From Planctomycetota bacterium (GTDB lineage: Bacteria > Planctomycetota > Brocadiia > Brocadiales > Bathyanammoxibiaceae): a stretch of 64,000 nucleotides of DNA. Positions 56,427 through 64,000 of this stretch are shown piece after piece; the stretch's first letter is position 1; the number at the start of each line of letters is the position of its first letter. A program made the position numbers and the translations under genes. The stretch lies in assembly GCA_016209685.1 (NCBI GenBank), contig JACQVQ010000013.1:102341-166340 (forward strand), given 5' to 3'. The notes under the pieces were generated by a model that saw only the letters and a list, made by a program, of their open reading frames with translations, was not told where the DNA came from and ran no database searches.

Positions 56427-56513
56427 AATGGTTGGGGGTAAAAGTCAGGGGTTAGGGGTTAGCAAGACAAAATCTTACCAATCCCTACTCCCTAACCCCT
56501 AATCCCTAGTTCC

Positions 56514-56777
56514 TTACTCCTGGTCTTCAGGACAGACCCAGTGCACCTTGGATTCCCCCAGCTTCTCAATTATCTTGCCGTACTCCTTTTGAGATAGCTC
56601 GCCCAACTGTTTCCCCGTCCTTTTTACGGCCTCATTGAATTCCTGGGCCTTTTCCACCATGTGGTCGTGGGTTTCCTTGGAACCGCCGTAGATTAAGAAA
56701 TCCCCTCCCTGGGTAATCCTCTTGTGCCCGTCCTTACCATCTAACCCCAGACCGAATAAGACTGTCTTCTTTTTCAA
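56514..56777 (-). CDS. small conserved-looking hypothetical protein
   Basis: 87-aa ORF MKKKTVLFGLGLDGKDGHKRITQGGDFLIYGGSKETHDHM...; no family recognised. Confidence 0.4.
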   Translation of the reverse strand: MKKKTVLFGLGLDGKDGHKRITQGGDFLIYGGSKETHDHMVEKAQEFNEAVKRTGKQLGELSQKEYGKIIEKLGESKVHWVCPEDQE

Positions 56778-56787
56778 GTCAATGCTC

Positions 56788-57510
56788 CTACGAAGAAAAG
56801 GGGTTAACTATCTCATTGTATCCCAGCTTCTTAAAGCCTTGCAAGCGGCGTTTATTACTGGGGACTATTACGACCTCGTACACCTTGCTCTTGAGGGATA
56901 CATCCTCCTCCCCATCGCAAAGGATTACCTCGTAAGAGACCCCCCATTGGTTAGTATCGGCAGGCACTATAAAATTGTTGGCGATTATGCCTGCCAGTTC
57001 AGAGGTCTCTGGCAGTAAGAAGGTTACTACTATCCTGTTAGTGTGTAGCTGACGGCTCTTGAAGCAGAGGACGTCAGCCTTAACCCCTGAGGCAAACTCA
57101 CTGACCACGCTGGCCAGGTCTGCCAACTCCACAGGGTTCTCCTTCAGGTACACCCAGTACTTCTTCACCTTCTGCACCGCCTGGGGTTGACTCTTGTCCC
57201 AGGCATACTGGAGCCTGTAGAGGAGTTTCTTGCCTGCCCTCTCCACGGGGAACATCTCATCCCTGGGGATATTGGGGTCTGCCCAGAACTTGGGCTCCAC
57301 CTGACTTGCCTCCTCTACCGGGTATAGCCAGTATCTTCGGTAAGGTATCTCCTCGAGGTAGTAATCCTTGGGCATGCCCAGTTTCCCGTGGATAGCCTCC
57401 ATAGTGAGTCCAAGCATACCGTCCTGGAGGTGCTCCTCCCCAATTAGATGAGAGGCCATAAAGAGCACCCCAGAGAATGCCATTACAGCAAAAATCTTTA
57501 ACCCATTCAT
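56788..57510 (-). CDS. secreted hypothetical protein
   Basis: 240-aa ORF with signal peptide MNGLKIFAVMAFSGVLFMA; no family recognised. Confidence 0.45.
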   Translation of the reverse strand: MNGLKIFAVMAFSGVLFMASHLIGEEHLQDGMLGLTMEAIHGKLGMPKDYYLEEIPYRRYWLYPVEEASQVEPKFWADPNIPRDEMFPVERAGKKLLYRLQYAWDKSQPQAVQKVKKYWVYLKENPVELADLASVVSEFASGVKADVLCFKSRQLHTNRIVVTFLLPETSELAGIIANNFIVPADTNQWGVSYEVILCDGEEDVSLKSKVYEVVIVPSNKRRLQGFKKLGYNEIVNPFSS

Positions 57511-57587
57511 TATTTAAGTTCCTCCCATAAACCATTTTTTATAGCATATTTATACCATTATGTCAAACCTTGTTCTTTTGGAGGTTT

Positions 57588-57677
57588 GTAGGGGCATCCG
57601 CCTCAGGCGGACTCACCACAAAGGACAGGGCTTCAGCCCTGTCCCTACAACTGGGCAGGGGCAAGCCCTGCCCCTAC
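57588..57677. repeat. triple REP-like composite with nested CCGCC hairpin
   Basis: GTAGGGGCA-TCCGCCTCAGGCGGA-...GGACAGGGCTTCAGCCCTGTCCCTAC...GGGCAGGGGCAAGCCCTGCCCCTAC. Confidence 0.8.
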
Positions 57678-57696
57678 AGAACCCTTGTTTTCTGGC

Positions 57697-59283
57697 TTAC
57701 GGGGGAGTTTCTTCTCTGAGGGTATTGTAAACAATCTGCCCGTCCAGGACGGTCATTACTACCGTGATGTCTTTAATTTCTTCCTGACGGCAGGTTGTGG
57801 GGTCATGGGATAGGACGACCAGGTCTGCCAGCTTGCCCCTGCGGAGGGTCCCCTTGGAATCTTCCTCAAATGAGGAATAGGCCCCGGCCTTTGTGTAGCA
57901 TGAGATGGCCTCCATAGGGCTGACACGGCTCTCATGCACGGGGTGGTTGACTGCGGAATGGATGCCGTAAATAGGCCCGGGGGGCATACCGTCTGAGCCA
58001 AAGACAAGGGGGATGGATTTCCTGAGAAATTCGGCCAGGGGGTTCATCCTACGCCACCTGTCCAGTCCGAGCCTCTTTTGATATAGTCCGCCCGGCTGAC
58101 CCCACATGGAGACGAAGTTAGGCTGGGCCGATACCGTAAGCCCCAGTTTTTTTATCCTTTCTATTGCCCCCTCAGGGACAAGCTCACAGTGCTCCATGCG
58201 GTGTCTGTGCCCCTTCACTGGATACCTCTCCAGTACCTCTTCCATGGCGTCCAGTACAAGCAATATTGCCCTGTCACCAATGGCATGTAGGGATAACTGA
58301 TGGCCCGCCTTGTGGAGTGGGACCAGTGCCTCCTGTAACCCCTTCTCTTCCCAATAGAGTTGGCCCAGATTGTCTGGTTCATCCGTGTAGGGTCCCAGGA
58401 GGGCGGCACTATGCGCCCCAAGGGAACCATCGGTAAAGAATTTCACTGCCCCTGACTTCATGGAGGGGGCTATTTTCTCCTTTGTATACCATGCTACCCC
58501 CGTCTTTTCATCCCAGGTAGGACAGAAATAGGGCCTGAGGAGTAACTTCCCAGTCTCGGCGAATTTCTTTATGAGAGAGAAGTTAGAGCTAATATGGTGT
58601 ACCGAGGTTATCCCCAGGGCAATTAGCCTCTTCTGCACCTCCTCCAGGGCGGAGAGCATCTCTTGTTCAGAAAACTCCAGACATGATTCTACCCTGCTCT
58701 TTGCCCTCTCCTGTACGAGGCCGGTGGGTCTTTCGGTCTTTGGGTTGTAGAATAGGCCAGTAACCTCCCTGGGTAGCCCGGCCCGCTCCAGGGTCAGACT
58801 ATTCACCAGGGCTTGGTGGAGGCATATACGCTTCAGGAAGACCGGGTTATCCGGGCAGGCACGGTCCAGCTCCTCAAGGGTTGCGTGCCGCCCCTCCTCC
58901 CATCGGCTTTCGTCCCAGTGATAGCCTACCAACCACTGGCCCCTGGGTAACCTGCCGCCTTCTTCCTTCAGGAGACTCAGGAGTTCTTTTATGGATTCGC
59001 ACCCCGCAAGGTCTATCCCTGAGTGACTGCGGGCCAGCTCCATGAGATGGAGGTGACTGTCTATAAAGCCCGGCACCACCATACGCCCCCCCAGGTCTAT
59101 CACCTCCCTGTCATTAAAGAGCCCCCGGTCTACGTCATCTTGTCCCCCCACGTAGAGTAGCATTGCCCCGTCTGTTACTACTACCTCGGCCCGTGAGTTG
59201 GCCTCCTCCAGGGTCAATACCCTGGTATTGAGGAATACGAGACCCTTTTTACGCGAAGTCGCCTTACTTCTCACCCTTCCCAC
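57697..59283 (-). CDS. metal-dependent amidohydrolase (amidohydrolase-3/YtcJ-like)
   Basis: 528-aa ORF; VVPGFIDSHLHL metal-binding motif; ...HAIGDRA... and ...FGSDGMP... later motifs. Start overlaps the trpD 3' end by 20 nt and may lie further downstream. Confidence 0.8.
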   Translation of the reverse strand: MGRVRSKATSRKKGLVFLNTRVLTLEEANSRAEVVVTDGAMLLYVGGQDDVDRGLFNDREVIDLGGRMVVPGFIDSHLHLMELARSHSGIDLAGCESIKELLSLLKEEGGRLPRGQWLVGYHWDESRWEEGRHATLEELDRACPDNPVFLKRICLHQALVNSLTLERAGLPREVTGLFYNPKTERPTGLVQERAKSRVESCLEFSEQEMLSALEEVQKRLIALGITSVHHISSNFSLIKKFAETGKLLLRPYFCPTWDEKTGVAWYTKEKIAPSMKSGAVKFFTDGSLGAHSAALLGPYTDEPDNLGQLYWEEKGLQEALVPLHKAGHQLSLHAIGDRAILLVLDAMEEVLERYPVKGHRHRMEHCELVPEGAIERIKKLGLTVSAQPNFVSMWGQPGGLYQKRLGLDRWRRMNPLAEFLRKSIPLVFGSDGMPPGPIYGIHSAVNHPVHESRVSPMEAISCYTKAGAYSSFEEDSKGTLRRGKLADLVVLSHDPTTCRQEEIKDITVVMTVLDGQIVYNTLREETPP

Positions 59284-60325
59284 TGACCTCTATTAGCCTT
59301 GATAGGCACTGACTGGCCCTGCCTGAGTCCAGGGATTGGGTGGCCAGAGAAAGCCCTTCCCGTAGGTCCCCGGCCAGTCCACCCACCATGATGGCCGCCG
59401 CCGCATTGAGGAGTACGATATCCCTCTTGGGGTCCCTCTTCGGGCGGTCAACCTGCCCTGCACCCTTGTGGTGCAGGGATTGCCCACCCAGTATCTCCTT
59501 TATTACCTCGGCGCTCTCCTGGGCAGAACGTACCTCCAGGTCTTTCAGACAAGCCCTCTTTATCCCCAGGTCTTCGGGCTGGAGATAGAAGGTCTTGATA
59601 CTACCCCCCTTTAGCTCCGTGATTTTAGTCTTATCAGTGGTGGTAAGTTCGTCCAGGCCGTCAAGTCCGCTTGCCACCAGTGCCCTCTCCGTGCCCAGAT
59701 TCTTTAACACCTGCGCCAGGGTCTCGGTAAGGGCCTGGGAGAATACGCCGATGAGCTGACGGCTCCTCGGGACGGGGTTGGTTAGGGGGCCAAGGACGTT
59801 AAAGGCCGTGCGTATGCCCAACTCCTTTCGGGGTTCTGATGCGAAACGCATGGACTTATGAAAGAGGGGGGCAAAGAGGAACCCTATCCCTGCCTCCTTG
59901 ATACAGCGGACGACGGTAGCAGGGCCTGCCTCAATATTAACCCCCAAAAGCCTCAAGACGTCAGCACTGCCAGAGAGACCGGTAGCGGCCTTGTTGCCGT
60001 GTTTTGCCACCTTAAGCCCTGCCCCGGCCACCACAAAGGCGGCGGCGGTGGAGATGTTGAAGGTATTCCTGGCATCCCCGCCAGTCCCGCAGGTATCTAC
60101 TACCATAGTATCTCCCAGGGTCAGGGGCGTGACCCTTGCCCGCATCACCCTGGCCATCCCCGTAAACTCCTCCACCGTCTCCCCTTTCATCCTAAGGGCG
60201 GTGAGGAAGGAGGCTATCTGTGATGGTGAGGCGAGACCCTCCATGATTTCTTCCATGCAGGCGGAGGTCTCCCCTTCCGTAAGGTCTTGTCTCTCTACCA
60301 GTCTTGCTATGGACTCTTTAATCAT
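59264..60325 (-). CDS. trpD: anthranilate phosphoribosyltransferase
   Basis: 353-aa ORF; ...VDTCGTGGD...FNISTAAAFV...KHGN... TrpD motifs. Confidence 0.93.
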   Translation of the reverse strand: MIKESIARLVERQDLTEGETSACMEEIMEGLASPSQIASFLTALRMKGETVEEFTGMARVMRARVTPLTLGDTMVVDTCGTGGDARNTFNISTAAAFVVAGAGLKVAKHGNKAATGLSGSADVLRLLGVNIEAGPATVVRCIKEAGIGFLFAPLFHKSMRFASEPRKELGIRTAFNVLGPLTNPVPRSRQLIGVFSQALTETLAQVLKNLGTERALVASGLDGLDELTTTDKTKITELKGGSIKTFYLQPEDLGIKRACLKDLEVRSAQESAEVIKEILGGQSLHHKGAGQVDRPKRDPKRDIVLLNAAAAIMVGGLAGDLREGLSLATQSLDSGRASQCLSRLIEVSGKGEK

Positions 60326-60367
60326 TTATCAGCAGTCAACTATCAGCAATCAGCTTAACCCTGAAAA

Positions 60368-60427
60368 CATTGTAAATTGGAAATTGGAAATTTAAAATTT
60401 TAAATTTACAATTTGCAATTTCCAATG
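60368..60427. repeat. AT-rich 'AAATTG' word palindrome, copy 2
   Basis: CATTGTAAATTGGAAATTGGAAATTTAAAATTTTAAATTTACAATTTGCAATTTCCAATG. Confidence 0.85.
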
Positions 60428-60435
60428 GTCTCTCC

Positions 60436-61227
60436 CTACCCCCTAACCAGGACCTCCTCCAGCTTCTTCAGTATAACTCTGGTCTCCTTTATAAGGGTCT
60501 CATTACCTTCAAAAGAGGCCCTTCCTTTCAGTGATGCCTCCTGTATTTTAGGGTTATAAGAGAGGCAACCCAATAGGGGCATGTCTTTTAGTCCTTTCTC
60601 CAGGAATTCTATTTGTTCGGGTCCCATGAGTTTATTGCCTACGGCGAAGACCCTCTTCATACCGATGTCTGAGGCCAGTCTCTTAATCTTATGGGCTGTT
60701 TCCAGACTGGGCAGGGAAGGTTCCACGACGATGATGAGGGCATTAACCCCCTTCACCGTAGCCCTGCCCAGGTGCTCTACCCCTGCCTCCATGTCCACCA
60801 CGGCCGCCTCGTCCCTCTGGAGGACGAGGTGGCTGAGGAGGTTTTTCAGGAACACGTTCTCCGGACAGGCACAGCCCCCGCCTCCCTTCTGGACTGCCCC
60901 AAGGATTAGTAGTTTTACCCCGTCCCTCTCCACCCAGAACTTCTCTGGGATGTCGGCCACGGAGGGATTGAGCTTAAAGAATACCCCGTACCCCTCGGAG
61001 GTGACCCCGGTACGCTCCTTTATCAGTTCCCTCATCTCACACACAGGCACAAGGTCTGGAGGCACCTTTATCCCCAGGGATAAGGCCAGGCTAGGGCTGG
61101 GGTCTGCGTCAACGGCCAGTACCCTCTTTGGGGAGTGGCCCTCGCCACCCCGTGCAAGTAGCCATGCCATGGCCGCCGCCAGGGTAGTCTTTCCCGCACC
61201 CCCTTTGCCAGAAATTGCTATCTTCAA
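60436..61227 (-). CDS. CooC/AcsF-like MinD-superfamily ATPase
   Basis: ORF track extends to 61452, overlapping cobB. SD AAAGGAGG + TTG at 61227 gives LKIAISGKGGAGKTT (deviant Walker A) and a 263-aa protein. Confidence 0.75.
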   Translation of the reverse strand: MKIAISGKGGAGKTTLAAAMAWLLARGGEGHSPKRVLAVDADPSPSLALSLGIKVPPDLVPVCEMRELIKERTGVTSEGYGVFFKLNPSVADIPEKFWVERDGVKLLILGAVQKGGGGCACPENVFLKNLLSHLVLQRDEAAVVDMEAGVEHLGRATVKGVNALIIVVEPSLPSLETAHKIKRLASDIGMKRVFAVGNKLMGPEQIEFLEKGLKDMPLLGCLSYNPKIQEASLKGRASFEGNETLIKETRVILKKLEEVLVRG

Positions 61228-61288
61228 GATTCCTCCTTTAAATTTTGGATAATTAAATTTATTATATAAGACTTCTGCGGAAATACCA

Positions 61289-62053
61289 ATGGGTAAGGAG
61301 ACGTTAATTGAAAAGGCAGGGAGACTGATTCGGGAGGCCTCCAATATGGTTGCCCTCACCGGGGCTGGAATCAGTACCTCTGCAGGCATACCTGACTTCC
61401 GCAGCCCTGAGAGCGGACTGTGGAATGACCCGGAAAAGATGTTTCTTTTCACCTCCCTTGGTTTTGCCCATAACCCAGGGGGTTTCTATGAACTGGGCCG
61501 GCAACTCCTCCCACTCTTCATGAATGCCAGACCCACTAATGCCCATCTATTCCTGGCCAGGCTAGAAGAGATGGGGAGACTGAGGTGTGTCATCACCCAG
61601 AACATAGACGGCCTCCACCAGAGGGCCGGGTCTAAGAGGGTGCTGGAGGTACACGGAAGCCTCAGGAAAGGTGGATGTATTGGATGCCAGAAGGAATCCT
61701 TGCTGGAAGAGATGGTCAGGAAGATGGAAGGCGGTGAAATCCCCCCCTTATGTGACCACTGCAAGTCCGTTATAAGGCCTAATATTGTCCTCTTTGGAGA
61801 ACCAATACCACAAGGGGTCTTTCAGGAGGCCCTGGAGGAACTCAGGCACTGTGACCTCCTCCTGGTCATAGGCTCCTCTCTGGTGGTCTACCCCGTGGCA
61901 GAGATGCCCCTTACGGCCCTTGAACACAATGCCCGACTTATCCTGTTGAACCGTCTACCTACCCAGTACGACGGCCTGGCAGACGTGGTACTGCAGATGT
62001 CCATAGAGGAGGCCGTTGAGGAAATACAGAATACAGTAGGCAGTAGGCAGTAA
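61289..62053 (+). CDS. cobB: NAD-dependent protein deacylase (Sir2 family)
   Basis: 254-aa ORF; GAGISTSAGIPDFRS, TQNIDGLH, zinc cysteines CIGC...CDHC. Confidence 0.92.
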   Translation: MGKETLIEKAGRLIREASNMVALTGAGISTSAGIPDFRSPESGLWNDPEKMFLFTSLGFAHNPGGFYELGRQLLPLFMNARPTNAHLFLARLEEMGRLRCVITQNIDGLHQRAGSKRVLEVHGSLRKGGCIGCQKESLLEEMVRKMEGGEIPPLCDHCKSVIRPNIVLFGEPIPQGVFQEALEELRHCDLLLVIGSSLVVYPVAEMPLTALEHNARLILLNRLPTQYDGLADVVLQMSIEEAVEEIQNTVGSRQ

Positions 62054-62160
62054 GCAGAACTCCTCCTTTCTTGACAAGCCCCAGACACACCATATAATGG
62101 GCGGGAAACAGGTCACAGGGGATAGCTTACAGGAGAAGCAGGAAAAGCGACTTTTTTTAA

Positions 62161-62230
62161 CCTGTTACCTGTAGCCTGTAGCCTGTTACCTGTTACCTGT
62201 TACCTGTTACCTGTTACCTGTAGCCTGAGA
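62161..62230 (+). repeat. heptamer tandem repeat (CCTGTTA/CCTGTAG) x ~10 ending 2 nt before the hldA start codon
   Basis: CCTGTTA CCTGTAG CCTGTAG CCTGTTA x5 CCTGTAG CCTGAGA. The upstream partner arm AACAGGTCACAGGGGATAGCTTACAGGAGAAGCAGG (62107-62142) can pair with it. Confidence 0.9.
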
Positions 62231-62232
62231 AA

Positions 62233-63288
62233 ATGCACAGTTTAGCCAATTATAAGAAGATAATAGACGCCTTCCCCCGTATGAAGATAGGGGTAGTGGC
62301 TGACCTTGTGGCCGATATTTATGTCTACGGGCGGCCCTTCAGGCTATCCAGGGAGGCCCCTGTGATTGTGGTGAGATACGAGGGGGAGGAGACGGTCCCC
62401 GGTGGAGGGGCCAATACGGTCAACAATATTGCAAGGCTTGGGGCCAAGGTCTTTCCCGTGGGGGTGGTGGGGGAGGACGGACCTGGCCGACAGTTAAAAG
62501 GATATTTTGAGAAGGAGGGGGTGGAAACGGGGGGCATATTCAGCTCCAGGGAACGGGCCACTGTCAGTAAGACCCGGCTCCTGGCAGGGGACCTCCATGC
62601 CTCCAGACGACAGGTGGTGAGGATAGATAGGGAGATTACCTCTACCGTTCGTCCTGCCCTGGAGGATAAGATACTGGGATATATGGAGGAGGTAAACAGG
62701 GCGGTAAATGCCTGGGTAGTCTCTGACTACGGGTATGACATAGTAACCCCCAGGGTGCTGGAGAAGGTGAAGTCCTTTGCCAGGGAGAAGCCGGTGGTGG
62801 TGGATTCCAGATACAGGATACTGGATTTTGCAGGCGTTACCATCCTTGCCCCCAACGAGCAGGAGGCAGAGGCGGCCTCCCTTGAAATGCGGAATTCGGA
62901 ATGCGGAGTTCGGAATTCCGCACTCCGCGATCCGCATTCCGAATTTGAAGGGGGTCTCCTGAAGATAGGTAAGACCCTCATGGATAGGCTAAACCCGGAG
63001 GCCCTCCTTATCACGAGGGGCAACCGGGGGATGATGCTATTTGAGAAGTCCGGTGGGGTAGAGGATATTCCAATTAGCGGCCCAAACGAGGTGACGGACG
63101 TAACGGGGGCTGGCGATACAGTAACTGCCCTCCTGGGGCTGGCCATCCCAACTGGCGCCAACTTTTCCCAGGCGGCAAGGCTCTCCAATTACGCCGCAGG
63201 GGTAGTAGTGATGAAGAACGGTACTGCCACCCTGACCAGGGAGGAACTTATCGCGGCAATACAAAAAGAAATGCCAAAATCCAAATGA
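62233..63288 (+). CDS. hldA: D-glycero-beta-D-manno-heptose-7-phosphate kinase (RfaE domain I type), with in-frame palindromic insert
   Basis: 351-aa ORF; PfkB-family pattern incl. DVTGAGDT; followed (after an inserted gene) by the RfaE domain II homologue. Confidence 0.85.
   Translation: MHSLANYKKIIDAFPRMKIGVVADLVADIYVYGRPFRLSREAPVIVVRYEGEETVPGGGANTVNNIARLGAKVFPVGVVGEDGPGRQLKGYFEKEGVETGGIFSSRERATVSKTRLLAGDLHASRRQVVRIDREITSTVRPALEDKILGYMEEVNRAVNAWVVSDYGYDIVTPRVLEKVKSFAREKPVVVDSRYRILDFAGVTILAPNEQEAEAASLEMRNSECGVRNSALRDPHSEFEGGLLKIGKTLMDRLNPEALLITRGNRGMMLFEKSGGVEDIPISGPNEVTDVTGAGDTVTALLGLAIPTGANFSQAARLSNYAAGVVVMKNGTATLTREELIAAIQKEMPKSK
62888..62946. repeat. 59-bp 'CGGAAT/GCGGAGT' word palindrome inside hldA
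   Basis: TGCGGAATTCGGAATGCGGAGTTCGGAATTCCGCACTCCGCGATCCGCATTCCGAATTT; read in-frame as MRNSECGVRNSALRDPHSEF. Same word family as the uvrA insert. Confidence 0.85.
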
Positions 63289-63695
63289 CAAATGAAATCC
63301 AAAGACCAAATGCCAAAGTATATGATTTGGAAGAGAGAACCGCTAGGTTTGGTGAAGAGGTTATTGAGTTTGTAAAAGGTCTTGAAAGGGACGAAATTAA
63401 TCGTCCCCTAATCAGCCAGGTGGTGAGGTCTGCCGCAAGTATTGGCGCAAACTACATGGAGGCAGACGGGGCGGAATCAAAGAAGGACTTTAAACATAAG
63501 ATTTCAACTTGTAAGAAGGAAGCAAAAGAAACAAGGCATTGGATAAGAATGGTTGCCAAGGCAAATCCACACAAAAAAGAAGCATGTCGGAAATTATGGC
63601 AAGAAGCCCAGGAACTAACATTAATTTTTTCCTCAATCCTCTTGTCACAGAAAAGCAAGGAAGAATCCAAATGTCAAAATCCAAATTCCAAATGA
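63285..63695 (+). CDS. four-helix-bundle protein (23S rRNA intervening-sequence protein / Avd-like family)
   Basis: 136-aa ORF; ...YDLEERTARFGEEVIEFVK...SQVVRSAASIGANYMEA....SKKDFKHKISTCKKEAKETRHWIRM... matches the S23p/TIGR02436-type pattern. Confidence 0.8.
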   Translation: MTNEIQRPNAKVYDLEERTARFGEEVIEFVKGLERDEINRPLISQVVRSAASIGANYMEADGAESKKDFKHKISTCKKEAKETRHWIRMVAKANPHKKEACRKLWQEAQELTLIFSSILLSQKSKEESKCQNPNSK

Positions 63696-63800
63696 AATTC
63701 AAATGTCAAAATTCAAATGTTAGATGCATTAACAATATTTTTGACATTTGAGCTTTGAAATTGATTTGGCATTTGAGCTTTGACATTTGGATTTGATGTT
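63660..63800. repeat. 'CAAATG/TCAAA' word hairpin downstream of the four-helix-bundle gene
   Basis: GAATCCAAATGTCAAAATCCAAATTCCAAATG...GACATTTGAGCTTTGACATTTGGATTTGATG. The right end is complementary to AAATCCAAATGACAAATG at 63275-63300, upstream of the gene. Confidence 0.75.
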
Positions 63801-63805
63801 AATAA

Positions 63806-64000
63806 ATGGGCAAGATAATCACAGACCACAGCCGATTAGCACATATCCTGGAAGGACTCAAGGCCCAGGGCAAGAGGATTGTCTTTTGTAACGGCTGTTT
63901 TGACGTCCTGCATGTGGGACATATTAGATACCTCAGCGGGGCTAAGGCCCTGGGGGACGTCGTGGTGGTGGCCATCAACAGCGATGATTCCGTGAGAAAG
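63806..64000 (+). CDS. hldC: D-glycero-beta-D-manno-heptose-1-phosphate adenylyltransferase (RfaE domain II type), partial
   Basis: ATG 63806, open to the window end; ...[20 protein letters not shown]... is the cytidylyltransferase HxGH motif. Confidence 0.85.
   Translation, partial: MGKIITDHSRLAHILEGLKAQGKRIVFCNGCFDVLHVGHIRYLSGAKALGDVVVVAINSDDSVRK

Noticed and set aside
609-57677. Possibility that the recurring palindromes form a CRISPR array
   Set aside because: The copies are dispersed singly or in pairs across 57 kb. They are not regularly spaced with unique spacers, and no cas genes are present.
60436-61452. Full 338-aa version of the CooC-like ORF
   Set aside because: The extra 75 N-terminal codons overlap the divergent cobB gene and precede a strong SD + TTG that gives the expected KIAISGKGGAGKTT N-terminus. 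The shorter CDS 60436..61227 is preferred.

Overview
Chromosomal segment of a diderm bacterium (LolA-like, outer-membrane barrel, MsbA-like and heptose-LPS genes). I cannot assign a lineage from the sequence alone. I support 59 CDS and one tRNA-Pro(CGG). Most are housekeeping genes: ROK glucokinase, HtrA, two ferritin-like genes, uvrA plus a second full-length uvrA paralogue, cspA, a groEL-groES-groEL cluster, rnfCDG without rnfEAB, tal, holA, leuS, an OMP-znuACB cluster, thiE, murJ, proB, gatB, trpD, cobB and split hldA/hldC. The unusual part is the non-genic layer. Intergenic DNA is saturated with several families of structured repeats: GTAG...CTAC REP/REPIN-like palindromes, CCGCC-N4-GGCGG mini-hairpins, a GTTGAAAATCC-containing composite, MITE-like elements with TTGAGACCTCTG inverted ends, and low-complexity 'word' hairpins. 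These repeats nest inside one another. They supply the TAG stop codon of at least seven genes and form protein N- and C-termini. They also sit in-frame inside uvrA, leuS, hldA and an HgdC/HgdB-type fusion gene, which resembles Rickettsia palindromic elements. Two orphan MNT-type nucleotidyltransferase genes and a DnaJ-zinc-finger mini-protein lie in very small cassettes. Each cassette is bounded by a diverged duplicate of the 3' end of the neighbouring host gene (leuS, or the dehydratase-like gene). That footprint suggests integration targeted at gene 3' ends, yet the window holds no recombinase; I consider this the best candidate for an undescribed system. A 63-aa HMf/HBb-like histone-fold gene with a strong promoter and SD is also present. 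All calls come from reading the sequence and ORF track by eye; no searches were run.
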